A DNA stretch of 64,000 nt from the sequence record PQ631072.1; one strand, given 5' to 3'. A program made the translations under genes and the position numbers. How positions within the stretch are numbered: the first letter of the stretch is position 1; every line of letters starts with the position of its first letter. Below, piece after piece: positions 1 through 6,573 of the stretch. The notes beneath the pieces were generated by a model that was not told where the DNA came from, did not search any database, and worked only from the letters and a program-made list of their open reading frames with translations. Origin of the DNA: Escherichia phage EC.P2.

Positions 1-36
1 GGCTTCAATTTAAATAATAATTTTAGTAAAAATATC

Positions 37-65
37 TTGACATTCACTTAGTTTTTTGTTATAGT
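37..65 (+). promoter_or_regulatory. sigma70-type promoter (TTGACA-17 nt-TATAGT) ahead of tRNA array
   Basis: TTGACA at 37-42, 17-nt spacer, TATAGT at 60-65, AT-rich upstream tract. Confidence 0.6.
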
Positions 66-76
66 TACTGTGAAAA

Positions 77-158
77 CGGGGTGTATCTCACCTGACTTCT
101 AATCAGGCGTTAACCGAGTAATTGGAGTATGCAGGTTCGAATCCTGTCACCCCGACCA
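77..158 (+). tRNA. tRNA-like element (atypical; D-arm not resolvable by hand)
   Basis: 7-bp acceptor stem 77-83/148-154, T-arm with TTCGAAT loop 131-147, A discriminator, encoded CCA 156-158; possible anticodon stem-loop 91-107 (loop CTTCTAA). Confidence 0.4.
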
Positions 159-176
159 AAAAGTTTTAAAAACTAC

Positions 177-206
177 TTGACAAGCAAGATAGTTTTATGT
201 TAGATT
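177..206 (+). promoter_or_regulatory. sigma70-type promoter (TTGACA-18 nt-TAGATT)
   Basis: TTGACA 177-182, TAGATT 201-206, directly upstream of tRNA at 222. Confidence 0.5.
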
Positions 207-221
207 TAAAGTATGATAACG

Positions 222-311
222 GGAAGGTAGGGCGCAGCGGTGCGCAACCAGGTTTGAACCCTGGCCCATTGTAGCGATACGGTGATGGTTCGACTCCATT
301 ATCTTCCTCCA
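222..311 (+). tRNA. tRNA-Ser (anticodon UGA), long variable arm
   Basis: Hand-folded cloverleaf: acceptor 222-228/301-307, anticodon stem 248-252/260-264 with loop TTTGAAC, T-loop TTCGACT, CCA 309-311. Confidence 0.75.
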
Positions 312-329
312 AATTCAACTAGGAGCTTT

Positions 330-482
330 ATGAATTATAAAACTATTGGACAGGTTGTTACCGGAGTTAAGATTGTAGATAATAAAGTTGTTTATGAGTA
401 TTCTAATCTTCAACAATCTGAAGATGGTAAAAATATTCGTATGGTAAAAGCAGAACAAAAAGATTCCGGTTGTTTTGAATAA
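330..482 (+). CDS. hypothetical small protein (50 aa)
   Basis: ATG 330 preceded by AGGAG at 321-325; the longer 282 start in the ORF track overlaps the tRNA and was trimmed. Confidence 0.4.
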   Translation: MNYKTIGQVVTGVKIVDNKVVYEYSNLQQSEDGKNIRMVKAEQKDSGCFE

Positions 483-490
483 TTAAGAAC

Positions 491-576
491 GGTAGATTGG
501 TGAAATGGTAGCCACAACAGTTTGCTAAACTGTCGTCGGAAACGGCGTGTAGGTTCAAGTCCTACATCTACCGCCA
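491..576 (+). tRNA. tRNA-Ser (anticodon GCU), long variable arm
   Basis: Acceptor 491-497/566-572, anticodon stem 517-521/529-533 with loop TTGCTAA, T-loop TTCAAGT, CCA 574-576. Confidence 0.75.
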
Positions 577-710
577 AGTTATCTTTAATGTAGCTTGTAA
601 TCTTACTTTAATAGAGTAAACTTTCGGCAGATGGCCTCCACCATCTTACCGATACCCTGATACTTCATAGTCAAGTGCCGCAAACACTGGCTATTTTAAA
701 GATAATTTAT

Positions 711-786
711 ACATCGTTAGCTTAGTTGGTAGAGCAAGGGGCTTTTAACTCCAAGGTCGAAGGTTCGAATCCTTCACGATGTACCA
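711..786 (+). tRNA. tRNA-Lys (anticodon UUU)
   Basis: Acceptor 711-717/776-782, D-loop AGTTGGTA, anticodon loop CTTTTAA, T-loop TTCGAAT, CCA 784-786. Confidence 0.75.
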
Positions 787-791
787 AACAC

Positions 792-878
792 GTAGGTATC
801 GCATAGCGGCAATTGCTGGAGACTGTAAATCTCCTGCCCTTCGGGGCTTCGTTGGTTCGAGTCCAACTACCTGCACCA
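792..878 (+). tRNA. tRNA-Tyr (anticodon GUA), long variable arm
   Basis: Acceptor 792-798/868-874, anticodon stem 818-822/830-834 with loop CTGTAAA, variable-arm hairpin, T-loop TTCGAGT, CCA 876-878. Confidence 0.75.
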
Positions 879-885
879 AATTAAA

Positions 886-970
886 GATGGATTGGCCTAG
901 TGGTTGGGCGACGGACTGTTAATCCGTGAACGAAAGTTCTAGCAAGGTTCAAATCCTTGATCCATCGCCA
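886..970 (+). tRNA. tRNA with Asn anticodon GUU on a long-variable-arm (class II-like) scaffold
   Basis: Acceptor 886-892/960-966, anticodon stem 911-915/923-927 with loop CTGTTAA, 15-nt variable arm forming GAAC/GTTC hairpin, T-loop TTCAAAT, CCA 968-970. Confidence 0.6.
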
Positions 971-977
971 GAATTAT

Positions 978-1054
978 GGACTTGTAGAGTTAAGGTAAAC
1001 CCTCAGTCGCCAAGAGGCTTCTGGAATTGCAGGTATCGAATCCTGCCGAGTCCA
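978..1054 (+). tRNA. tRNA-like element (atypical; 8-nt T-loop, no canonical anticodon arm found)
   Basis: Acceptor 978-984/1047-1053, T-arm GCAGG-TATCGAAT-CCTGC; anticodon not assignable by hand. Confidence 0.4.
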
Positions 1055-1060
1055 ATTATT

Positions 1061-1135
1061 GCTCCTATCGTATAACGGCTATTACGGTTGCCTTGTAAGC
1101 AACTTATCAGGGTTCGAGTCCTTGTGGGAGCACCA
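1061..1135 (+). tRNA. tRNA-Thr (anticodon UGU)
   Basis: Acceptor 1061-1067/1125-1131, anticodon stem 1087-1091/1099-1103 with loop CTTGTAA, T-loop TTCGAGT, CCA 1133-1135. Confidence 0.75.
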
Positions 1136-1158
1136 ATTTTAACTCTAAAGGAGTGTAT

Positions 1159-1482
1159 GTGACAGAAAAAGAGTTAGAGAAATATTTTAATATCAATGTT
1201 TTCGATGGTTTTGATGATATTGAAGATGTTGAAAGACATTATGAAGTAGAGTTAGATAAGGATAACATTGTAATTCTTTCTGCCACTTATGATTGTGCAT
1301 ATTATGAAGGTGAATCTCACGTTTATTTTTATGATATGAAAACATCTTTGTTTTATGAAGTACACGCATATCATTGTTCTTGTTATGGTTTAGAAGGTCA
1401 GTGGGAACCTGAAGAAATAGGTGATTTGGACTTTACTATTGCATATCTAAACAGACGTGGTGCATCTACTATTTTAAAATAA
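1159..1482 (+). CDS. hypothetical protein (108 aa)
   Basis: ORF in track; GTG 1159 lies 5 nt after AAGGAG at 1148-1153. Confidence 0.5.
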   Translation: MTEKELEKYFNINVFDGFDDIEDVERHYEVELDKDNIVILSATYDCAYYEGESHVYFYDMKTSLFYEVHAYHCSCYGLEGQWEPEEIGDLDFTIAYLNRRGASTILK

Positions 1483-1496
1483 ATATCAAAAGCCTC

Positions 1497-1526
1497 TTGA
1501 CAAAGGGGCTAATAATATGTTAGAGT
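1497..1526 (+). promoter_or_regulatory. sigma70-type promoter (TTGACA-18 nt-TAGAGT)
   Basis: TTGACA 1497-1502, TAGAGT 1521-1526, upstream of tRNA at 1538. Confidence 0.5.
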
Positions 1527-1537
1527 AATATTGTTAA

Positions 1538-1612
1538 GCGGGTATAGTGTTAATGGTAGCATATGAGGTTTCCACCCTCCAGGTGCAGGTTCAAGTCCTG
1601 TTACTCGCTCCA
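1538..1612 (+). tRNA. tRNA-Gly (anticodon UCC)
   Basis: Acceptor 1538-1544/1602-1608, anticodon loop TTTCCAC, T-loop TTCAAGT, CCA 1610-1612. Confidence 0.7.
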
Positions 1613-1712
1613 AGATTATTTAAATGGAATCGCTAGAGAAAATTTCTCTTTTCGCTCATGGTTTTCTCCTTCAAACTCTAGCGGTTCTTTTTAAGTGATT
1701 TTTTAGTTTTAT

Positions 1713-1787
1713 TGGAGATTAGCCTAGTGGGAAGGCAACGGCCTTTGAAGTCGTGATGACTAGGTTCGATTCCTAGATCTCCAGCCA
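1713..1787 (+). tRNA. tRNA-Gln (anticodon UUG)
   Basis: Acceptor 1713-1719/1777-1783, anticodon stem 1738-1742/1750-1754 with loop CTTTGAA, T-loop TTCGATT, CCA 1785-1787. Confidence 0.75.
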
Positions 1788-1794
1788 GTATTTA

Positions 1795-1870
1795 CAGTGC
1801 GTAGCGCAGTTGGTAGCGTGGGAGCTTTGGATGCTTCGGGTCGCAGGTTCGAGTCCTGCCGCACTGACCA
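1795..1870 (+). tRNA. tRNA-Pro (anticodon UGG)
   Basis: Acceptor 1795-1801/1860-1866 fully paired, anticodon stem 1821-1825/1833-1837 with loop TTTGGAT, T-loop TTCGAGT, CCA 1868-1870. Confidence 0.8.
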
Positions 1871-1875
1871 AATTT

Positions 1876-1950
1876 GCAGAGATAGCTGAGACGGATTAGT
1901 GCTACCCTGAAAAGGTAGAAAGGATGGATCGTTACCATCTCTCTGCACCA
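1876..1950 (+). tRNA. tRNA-Phe (anticodon GAA) with non-canonical T-loop
   Basis: Acceptor 1876-1882/1940-1946 perfectly paired, anticodon stem 1902-1906/1914-1918 with loop CTGAAAA, T-loop ATCGTTA instead of TTCRANY, CCA 1948-1950. Confidence 0.7.
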
Positions 1951-2027
1951 AATAACACCATCCAAGGAGTAGACTTGGTTAACTGTCAATAGCACATCGA
2001 GGCTTCTTACAGTGGTGTACTTATTAT

Positions 2028-2112
2028 GGCTAAGTGGTGGAATGGTATACACGATACGCTTAGAACGTATTGCCCCAAGGGATTGTGAGTTCGAGTCTCA
2101 CCTTAGCTACCA
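2028..2112 (+). tRNA. tRNA-Leu (anticodon UAG), long variable arm
   Basis: Acceptor 2028-2034/2102-2108, anticodon stem 2054-2058/2066-2070 with loop CTTAGAA, T-loop TTCGAGT, CCA 2110-2112. Confidence 0.75.
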
Positions 2113-2200
2113 TATCTAAGAGATATCATAGGGTTTGCAACGGATATCTACCGTCCTGTTAAGGATACCACGCCAAGACGGGTTATAAAGGGTTAGCCAT

Positions 2201-2276
2201 TGATAGTGTGAAGCTGGCGTTTCGAGTGCTTTCATAAGGCATTGCGAGAAGAGTTCGATTCTCTTACTATCAACCA
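2201..2276 (+). tRNA. tRNA with anticodon CAU (elongator Met or Ile2)
   Basis: Acceptor 2201-2207/2266-2272, anticodon stem 2226-2230/2238-2242 with loop TTCATAA, T-loop TTCGATT, CCA 2274-2276. Confidence 0.7.
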
Positions 2277-2291
2277 AATTACTACAGATTG

Positions 2292-2370
2292 CGCGGGATA
2301 GAGGAGTCTGGTCGTCCTCGCCAGTTTCATATGCTGGAGATCGTAGGTTCAAATCCTACTCCCGCCTCCA
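2292..2370 (+). tRNA. tRNA with anticodon CAU (Met-type; unpaired 1:72)
   Basis: Acceptor 2292-2298/2360-2366 with C-C mismatch at top, anticodon stem 2321-2325/2333-2337 with loop TTCATAT, T-loop TTCAAAT, CCA 2368-2370. Confidence 0.6.
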
Positions 2371-2428
2371 ATAAATACCTCCCTTCTGGTGTAATGATTA
2401 AATTGCATTGACACTTCAAGGAACTCAT

Positions 2429-2511
2429 AGCCGGGTAGATTTAAAAGAGTATGGTACTCAATATGGCTCCAAACCATAGATCAAGGGGTTCGATTCCTCA
2501 CCTTGCTGCCA
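2429..2511 (+). tRNA. probable tRNA-Trp (anticodon CCA); 5' half irregular
   Basis: Anticodon stem 2462-2466/2474-2478 with loop CTCCAAA, T-loop TTCGATT, acceptor 3' strand 2501-2507 plus CCA 2509-2511; best 5' acceptor partner 2429-2435 has one mismatch and implies an insertion before the D-arm. Confidence 0.45.
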
Positions 2512-2516
2512 ATTAT

Positions 2517-2592
2517 TGTGGTATCGTACAGATGGTTAGTACACTCGACCGATAATCGAGAAACAACGGTTCGACTCCGTTTACCACGACCA
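2517..2592 (+). tRNA. tRNA-Ile (anticodon GAU)
   Basis: Acceptor 2517-2523/2582-2588, D-stem GTAC/GTAC, anticodon stem 2544-2548/2556-2560 with loop CCGATAA, T-loop TTCGACT, CCA 2590-2592. Confidence 0.75.
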
Positions 2593-2703
2593 AACTCCGT
2601 GCCAGCGGTGTCTTCGAAGAACAAGCCTAGTTCCTTCTGAGATGGAGGGGTGCGACTCCTTAACGCACATACCACTACTACTAAATACTTATCAGGAGAT
2701 ATT

Positions 2704-2973
2704 ATGTATACTTTAAAAGTAATTCGCAAGTTTCCTCAAGAAGAGGAAGTAAGAATTTATAACACTGTACCATTCGTAGTAAATGAAGAAGAATTCTTTT
2801 ATTGCTTAGAAGATGAAGTAATTATTCAATATCATTGGGAAGGTTACGACAGACAAGATGGTGTTGTAGCTTCTGTGATTGCTGGTGAAAGAGTGTTATT
2901 CATTCACAAAACTGAATCAGCATATTTAATGAATGATAAAGGACAAACTGTTAAAGTAATTAACAGACCATAA
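2704..2973 (+). CDS. hypothetical protein (89 aa)
   Basis: ATG 2704 with AGGAG at 2694-2698; followed by intrinsic terminator. Confidence 0.55.
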   Translation: MYTLKVIRKFPQEEEVRIYNTVPFVVNEEEFFYCLEDEVIIQYHWEGYDRQDGVVASVIAGERVLFIHKTESAYLMNDKGQTVKVINRP

Positions 2974-2985
2974 AGAATTTTATAA

Positions 2986-3010
2986 AAGCCTCCTTTTTGG
3001 AGGTTTTTTA
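2986..3010 (+). terminator. rho-independent terminator
   Basis: GC-rich hairpin AAGCCTCC/GGAGGTT with T-loop, then U-tract 3004-3009. Confidence 0.7.
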
Positions 3011-3079
3011 TTATCTGTAAAATAAAGATCTTTACAAAACGTATAAAATATGTTATCCTTAAGTAAGGAGGTGCATATT

Positions 3080-3370
3080 ATGCCTAAATTGAAAAGAGGT
3101 CGAGGTAGACCTACAGCCGAAATGCAACAGATCTATGCTATGGATGCTGCACAGGCGCAAGTAAAAGAAATTTTTGCTGGTCGTTATTTAGATGCTATGC
3201 GTTACATTGCAGATCTTGTTGTAGATGAAAAGGCTTCTGCTAATATCAAGTTGACTGCTTCTAAGATCATCAAAGAACAAGTAGAAGAATGGCTGGAAGA
3301 ACATTATGAATCTATGGAAGAAGAAGATATTCTTCCAGAAAATTCTCCCCCTCAAAAAATCGTTATCTAA
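3080..3370 (+). CDS. hypothetical protein with N-terminal KRGRGRP motif (possible DNA-binding)
   Basis: ATG 3080, AAGGAGG at 3065-3071; basic AT-hook-like N-terminus and acidic C-terminus. Confidence 0.5.
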   Translation: MPKLKRGRGRPTAEMQQIYAMDAAQAQVKEIFAGRYLDAMRYIADLVVDEKASANIKLTASKIIKEQVEEWLEEHYESMEEEDILPENSPPQKIVI

Positions 3371-3417
3371 TTCTCCTCTCTTGGGAACTTTGTTCCCCCT
3401 CTCCTTGTTAATTAACA

Positions 3418-3447
3418 CCCCTTTCCGAAAGGTTAGGGGGTTTTTTA
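3418..3447 (+). terminator. rho-independent terminator
   Basis: Hairpin CCCCTTTCC-GAAA-GGTTAGGGG followed by T6 at 3441-3446. Confidence 0.65.
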
Positions 3448-3507
3448 TTTATACCTATTGCTTTTATATATGTTTTTATGATATGATTAATACAGGAGGA
3501 CTATAAA

Positions 3508-3681
3508 ATGAGAAACTATGTAGCTAAACACGATTTCAATAGGGCTTCTTATCACAGAGATAAGAAGAACAGTTATTCGCGTAAATGGGATCTGGAGGAA
3601 GAGTTAGATTATGATTACAGAAGAACAATGGAAGGAGATTTTGGAGAATGCACAACCGATGGTAGTGAAGAAGATAGTTAA
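3508..3681 (+). CDS. hypothetical small acidic protein (57 aa; below ORF-track cutoff)
   Basis: ATG 3508 preceded by AGGAGGA at 3494-3500; open frame to TAA 3679-3681. Confidence 0.45.
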   Translation: MRNYVAKHDFNRASYHRDKKNSYSRKWDLEEELDYDYRRTMEGDFGECTTDGSEEDS

Positions 3682-3716
3682 TAATTCACCAAGTCTCCCT
3701 AAAGTAAAATTTAAAG

Positions 3717-4148
3717 ATGATGATACTGACTATGTTAATAAACCTACTGAAGAATAAATGGGTTAGGTATTTTGTTCTTATTATAGCATTGTTTGGTGGT
3801 TTGTATGTTGGTTTAAACAAATTACACGATGATGTGTATGCACAAGGCTACAACGCAGGTGTTGCTAAACAAGAACAAATATTACAACAAAACCAAATTA
3901 AAGCAAAACAGCAATTCGATATTTTACAAGCAAAAGCAGATTCAGAAAGATCTAAATTGAATGAAAAAATTCATTCATTAACGAAAGAAAAAAATGATCT
4001 TCTTACACAATTGGATAAGAAGAGTAATAACATAACACAAGAGAGAATAGATTATGCGAAAACATCTTCTGGCGCTATGTCTTGTTTTAGCCCTAATGAT
4101 GACGGGTTGCGCATCATCAACAACAGCTTCCCAGCCTCTACTGATTGA
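3717..4148 (+). CDS. i-spanin (Rz-like inner-membrane spanin), putative
   Basis: N-terminal transmembrane helix (WVRYFVLIIALFGGLYVGL), long coiled-coil-like Q/K/E-rich periplasmic region; 3' end overlaps next ORF. Confidence 0.5.
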   Translation: MMILTMLINLLKNKWVRYFVLIIALFGGLYVGLNKLHDDVYAQGYNAGVAKQEQILQQNQIKAKQQFDILQAKADSERSKLNEKIHSLTKEKNDLLTQLDKKSNNITQERIDYAKTSSGAMSCFSPNDDGLRIINNSFPASTD

Positions 4149-4383
4149 GCAGTGTAAAGCTGTAGCAACACAACAAATAAAAGCCCCTGATTCTGTTAGT
4201 ATGGAGAAACCATCTACCCCTGTTTTATATACTCCTAATCAAATAAAGAAAGGAGTTACAAGATCAGAGGTAGTTGATAATCAAACTTTAAACAACGCTT
4301 TGTGGGAAAAAGATAGGATAAAACTTATCAGTTTGCAAAACTATATTAAAACATTACAAAGCGAAGGAATAATTTCTAATTAG
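4054..4383 (+). CDS. o-spanin (Rz1-like outer-membrane lipoprotein), putative
   Basis: Signal peptide plus lipobox (LMMTGC), Pro-rich mature region; start is inside the 3' end of the i-spanin ORF in another frame. Confidence 0.5.
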   Translation: MRKHLLALCLVLALMMTGCASSTTASQPLLIEQCKAVATQQIKAPDSVSMEKPSTPVLYTPNQIKKGVTRSEVVDNQTLNNALWEKDRIKLISLQNYIKTLQSEGIISN

Positions 4384-4391
4384 GAGGAGAT

Positions 4392-6476
4392 GTGGCAAGG
4401 AAACCTGTCAAACAATCTTTTGAAAACGTAGATATTGAAGTTAAAGCCCAACCTGGCAAACAAACACTAGCTATGGATCTTATGCCTGAAGTAATGATTT
4501 ATGGTGGTGCGGCAGGTTGTGTTTCAGCAGAAACAGAATACTTAACAAGAGACGGTTGGAAACAAATAAGTGAATATGATGGTGAGGATATTTACCAATA
4601 CAATCCAAGAAATAAACGTCTTGAATTAGTTACACCATCTTTTGTAGAATATGATGCTAAAGATAATCTGTATTGTATTACAAACGGAGTAGGTGTCTTC
4701 CAAGAATTAAGTATGGAACATCGCTTTGTTTTCTACAAGAAGAAAAAATCCAAAAAACATTTTGAAATTCTTGTTGGGGATCTTATTGCACTACAGCAAG
4801 CAGGACACCCATTACGAGGATATATTGAAAATCCTTTTGGTAAACGTGTTCCGTTTAACATTCAAGGTAAACCTAGCACATATCTAAAAATTCATGAGGT
4901 AATGACAAGTGATGATAAGAAATATTGCTTTGAAACTCCAAGCAGTTATGTCGTGTTTAGACGTGGCGATCACATCTTCGTTACTGGGAATAGCGGCAAA
5001 AGCCGTCTGCTACTTCTAAAGGCACTTAAATACGCATATAAAGATCCACTGTTTGGTGGTATTCTTTTCCGTAAAAATACAACAGCTTTACGTAAATCTG
5101 GTGGTTTGTTTACTGAAGCTAAAAAACTTTATCTACCATTAAAGCCTCACGTAAGAGAACAGGCTATGGAGATGGAGTTCAGAGCCACAAAAGGTGGCAC
5201 ACTTAAATTTGACCATCTTGAAAATGATAACGTAACTGCTGAAACTAACCATCAAGGTACACAGTATTCGATGGTAGGTTTTGACGAACTTACACATTTT
5301 ACACAATATGAAATGCTGTATCTGTTAGGGCGTATGCGTTCTGAATCAGAAACATCTTTTATGCTGTGTACTTGTAACCCTGATGCTGACAGTTGGGTGT
5401 TGAAATGGGTACTTCCTTATTTGGATGAAGCTGGTTATCCACGAGAAGATATGTGTGGCAAACAGCTATACTTTCTTATTGTGCAAGATGAACCAGTATT
5501 TGCTGAAACAGCAGAAGAGTTGAAAGAAAAGTATCCTGAAAACTGTTTTATGCAAAACCCAAACACAGGTGAAACAGTGGTTATTGAACCACAAACATTT
5601 GTGTTCATTGGTGGTACTATCTTCGATAACCCTGAACTAATAAGACTTAACCCTAAATACTTAGCTTCTTTGAAGGCTCAAACCGCCGTTAAGAGAGCAC
5701 AGCTTTTAGATGGTTGTTGGTTTGCTCGTGCACAAGAAGAGAGTTTCTTTAACAGAGAATGGTTACACGTTATCAAGTTTAAAGATTTACCAAACAATCT
5801 TAAATATATGCGAGCGTGGGATAAAGCAGTATCTGTTCCAACAGAATCTTATCGTTATCCTGACTACACAACATCTGTTAAAATGGCTAAAGACTCTGAT
5901 GGAAATTATTACATTTTTGGTGATTATGATTATGATGCTCACGATGAAGGCAGTAAAATTTTTGGTAGATTCAGAAGACTACCAGGTGATCGAGATAATT
6001 TAATTCTAAACCAATGTAAGATTGATGGAGATGAAGTTACAGTTGTATTGCCAAAAGATCCTTCTGGTGCTGGTTTGATTGAATATACAGAATCAGCTAA
6101 AAAACTAATTGCTGAAGGGTTTGTTGTTAAACCAGACGCTATGCCTGGTAACAAGAAAAAGTTACAACGCTTTATGCCATTTAGTAGTGCTTGTCAAAAT
6201 GGTTTTGTTTATATTGTAGAAGAATCTTTCCCTAACAAAGAAACTCTTGATCATTTCTATAAAGAGATGGAGTCGTTTAATGGAGAAAGATCTACGGCAA
6301 CCTTAAAAGATGATATCCCAGATGCTGCTGCATCTTGCTTTAATACTTTGTCAAAAGAACAGATGTTTAAAGCAGTAGCAATACCTTCTGCAACAAATGC
6401 ATTAACAGGGTATGGTAAGATGGGTGGAAGATCAAGAAACTCTTTATCTTCTCCATACAGTATCCGAGGAAGATAA
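4392..6476 (+). CDS. terL: terminase large subunit, interrupted by intein-like insertion
   Basis: GTG start after AGGAGGA; Walker A GAAGSGKS is reconstituted only when residues 43-200 are removed; size and position upstream of portal. Confidence 0.8.
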   Translation: MARKPVKQSFENVDIEVKAQPGKQTLAMDLMPEVMIYGGAAGCVSAETEYLTRDGWKQISEYDGEDIYQYNPRNKRLELVTPSFVEYDAKDNLYCITNGVGVFQELSMEHRFVFYKKKKSKKHFEILVGDLIALQQAGHPLRGYIENPFGKRVPFNIQGKPSTYLKIHEVMTSDDKKYCFETPSSYVVFRRGDHIFVTGNSGKSRLLLLKALKYAYKDPLFGGILFRKNTTALRKSGGLFTEAKKLYLPLKPHVREQAMEMEFRATKGGTLKFDHLENDNVTAETNHQGTQYSMVGFDELTHFTQYEMLYLLGRMRSESETSFMLCTCNPDADSWVLKWVLPYLDEAGYPREDMCGKQLYFLIVQDEPVFAETAEELKEKYPENCFMQNPNTGETVVIEPQTFVFIGGTIFDNPELIRLNPKYLASLKAQTAVKRAQLLDGCWFARAQEESFFNREWLHVIKFKDLPNNLKYMRAWDKAVSVPTESYRYPDYTTSVKMAKDSDGNYYIFGDYDYDAHDEGSKIFGRFRRLPGDRDNLILNQCKIDGDEVTVVLPKDPSGAGLIEYTESAKKLIAEGFVVKPDAMPGNKKKLQRFMPFSSACQNGFVYIVEESFPNKETLDHFYKEMESFNGERSTATLKDDIPDAAASCFNTLSKEQMFKAVAIPSATNALTGYGKMGGRSRNSLSSPYSIRGR
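4518..4991 (+). other. mini-intein-like insertion (158 aa) in TerL P-loop
   Basis: Insertion begins with Cys (codon 4518-4520) and ends with Asn (4989-4991) followed by Ser +1; internal SxxH block; flanks join to GGAAG|SGKS. Confidence 0.6.
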
Positions 6477-6479
6477 ATC

Positions 6480-6509
6480 TTGACAAAACTATTTAAAATA
6501 TGTTAAAGT
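6480..6509 (+). promoter_or_regulatory. sigma70-type promoter (TTGACA-18 nt-TAAAGT)
   Basis: TTGACA 6480-6485 and TAAAGT 6504-6509 in terminase-portal intergenic region. Confidence 0.45.
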
Positions 6510-6573
6510 AGCATTATATGTCTACCCCTTCAATGGGGTAGAGTCATTTGTCCAGCATTAGCGGAGGTTCTGA

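Noticed and set aside
282-482. Long N-terminal extension of the 66-aa ORF starting at 282
   Set aside because: The first 30 nt overlap tRNA-Ser (222-311). An internal ATG at 330 has an AGGAG ribosome-binding site, so the gene was trimmed to 330-482.
577-710. Gap in the tRNA array that might hold another tRNA or small RNA
   Set aside because: No T-loop motif or acceptor pairing found on either strand; left unannotated.
77-2592. Alternative reading of the tRNA genes on the minus strand, because GGTTCGAATCC-type T-loops are near-palindromic
   Set aside because: Only the plus-strand reading yields encoded 3' CCA, canonical D-loops with GG and proper T-loops; minus-strand folds fail.
2593-2680. 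Possible additional tRNA (GGGGTGCGACTCC resembles a T-arm; ACCA at 2671-2674)
   Set aside because: No consistent acceptor stem or anticodon arm could be folded; more likely an intergenic or leader region before the 2704 ORF.
1760-2729. Minus-strand ORFs in the track (1760-1951, 1792-2052, 2116-2352, 2481-2729) across the tRNA array
   Set aside because: They lie antisense to well-folded tRNA genes, have no ribosome-binding sites and unusual composition; judged spurious.
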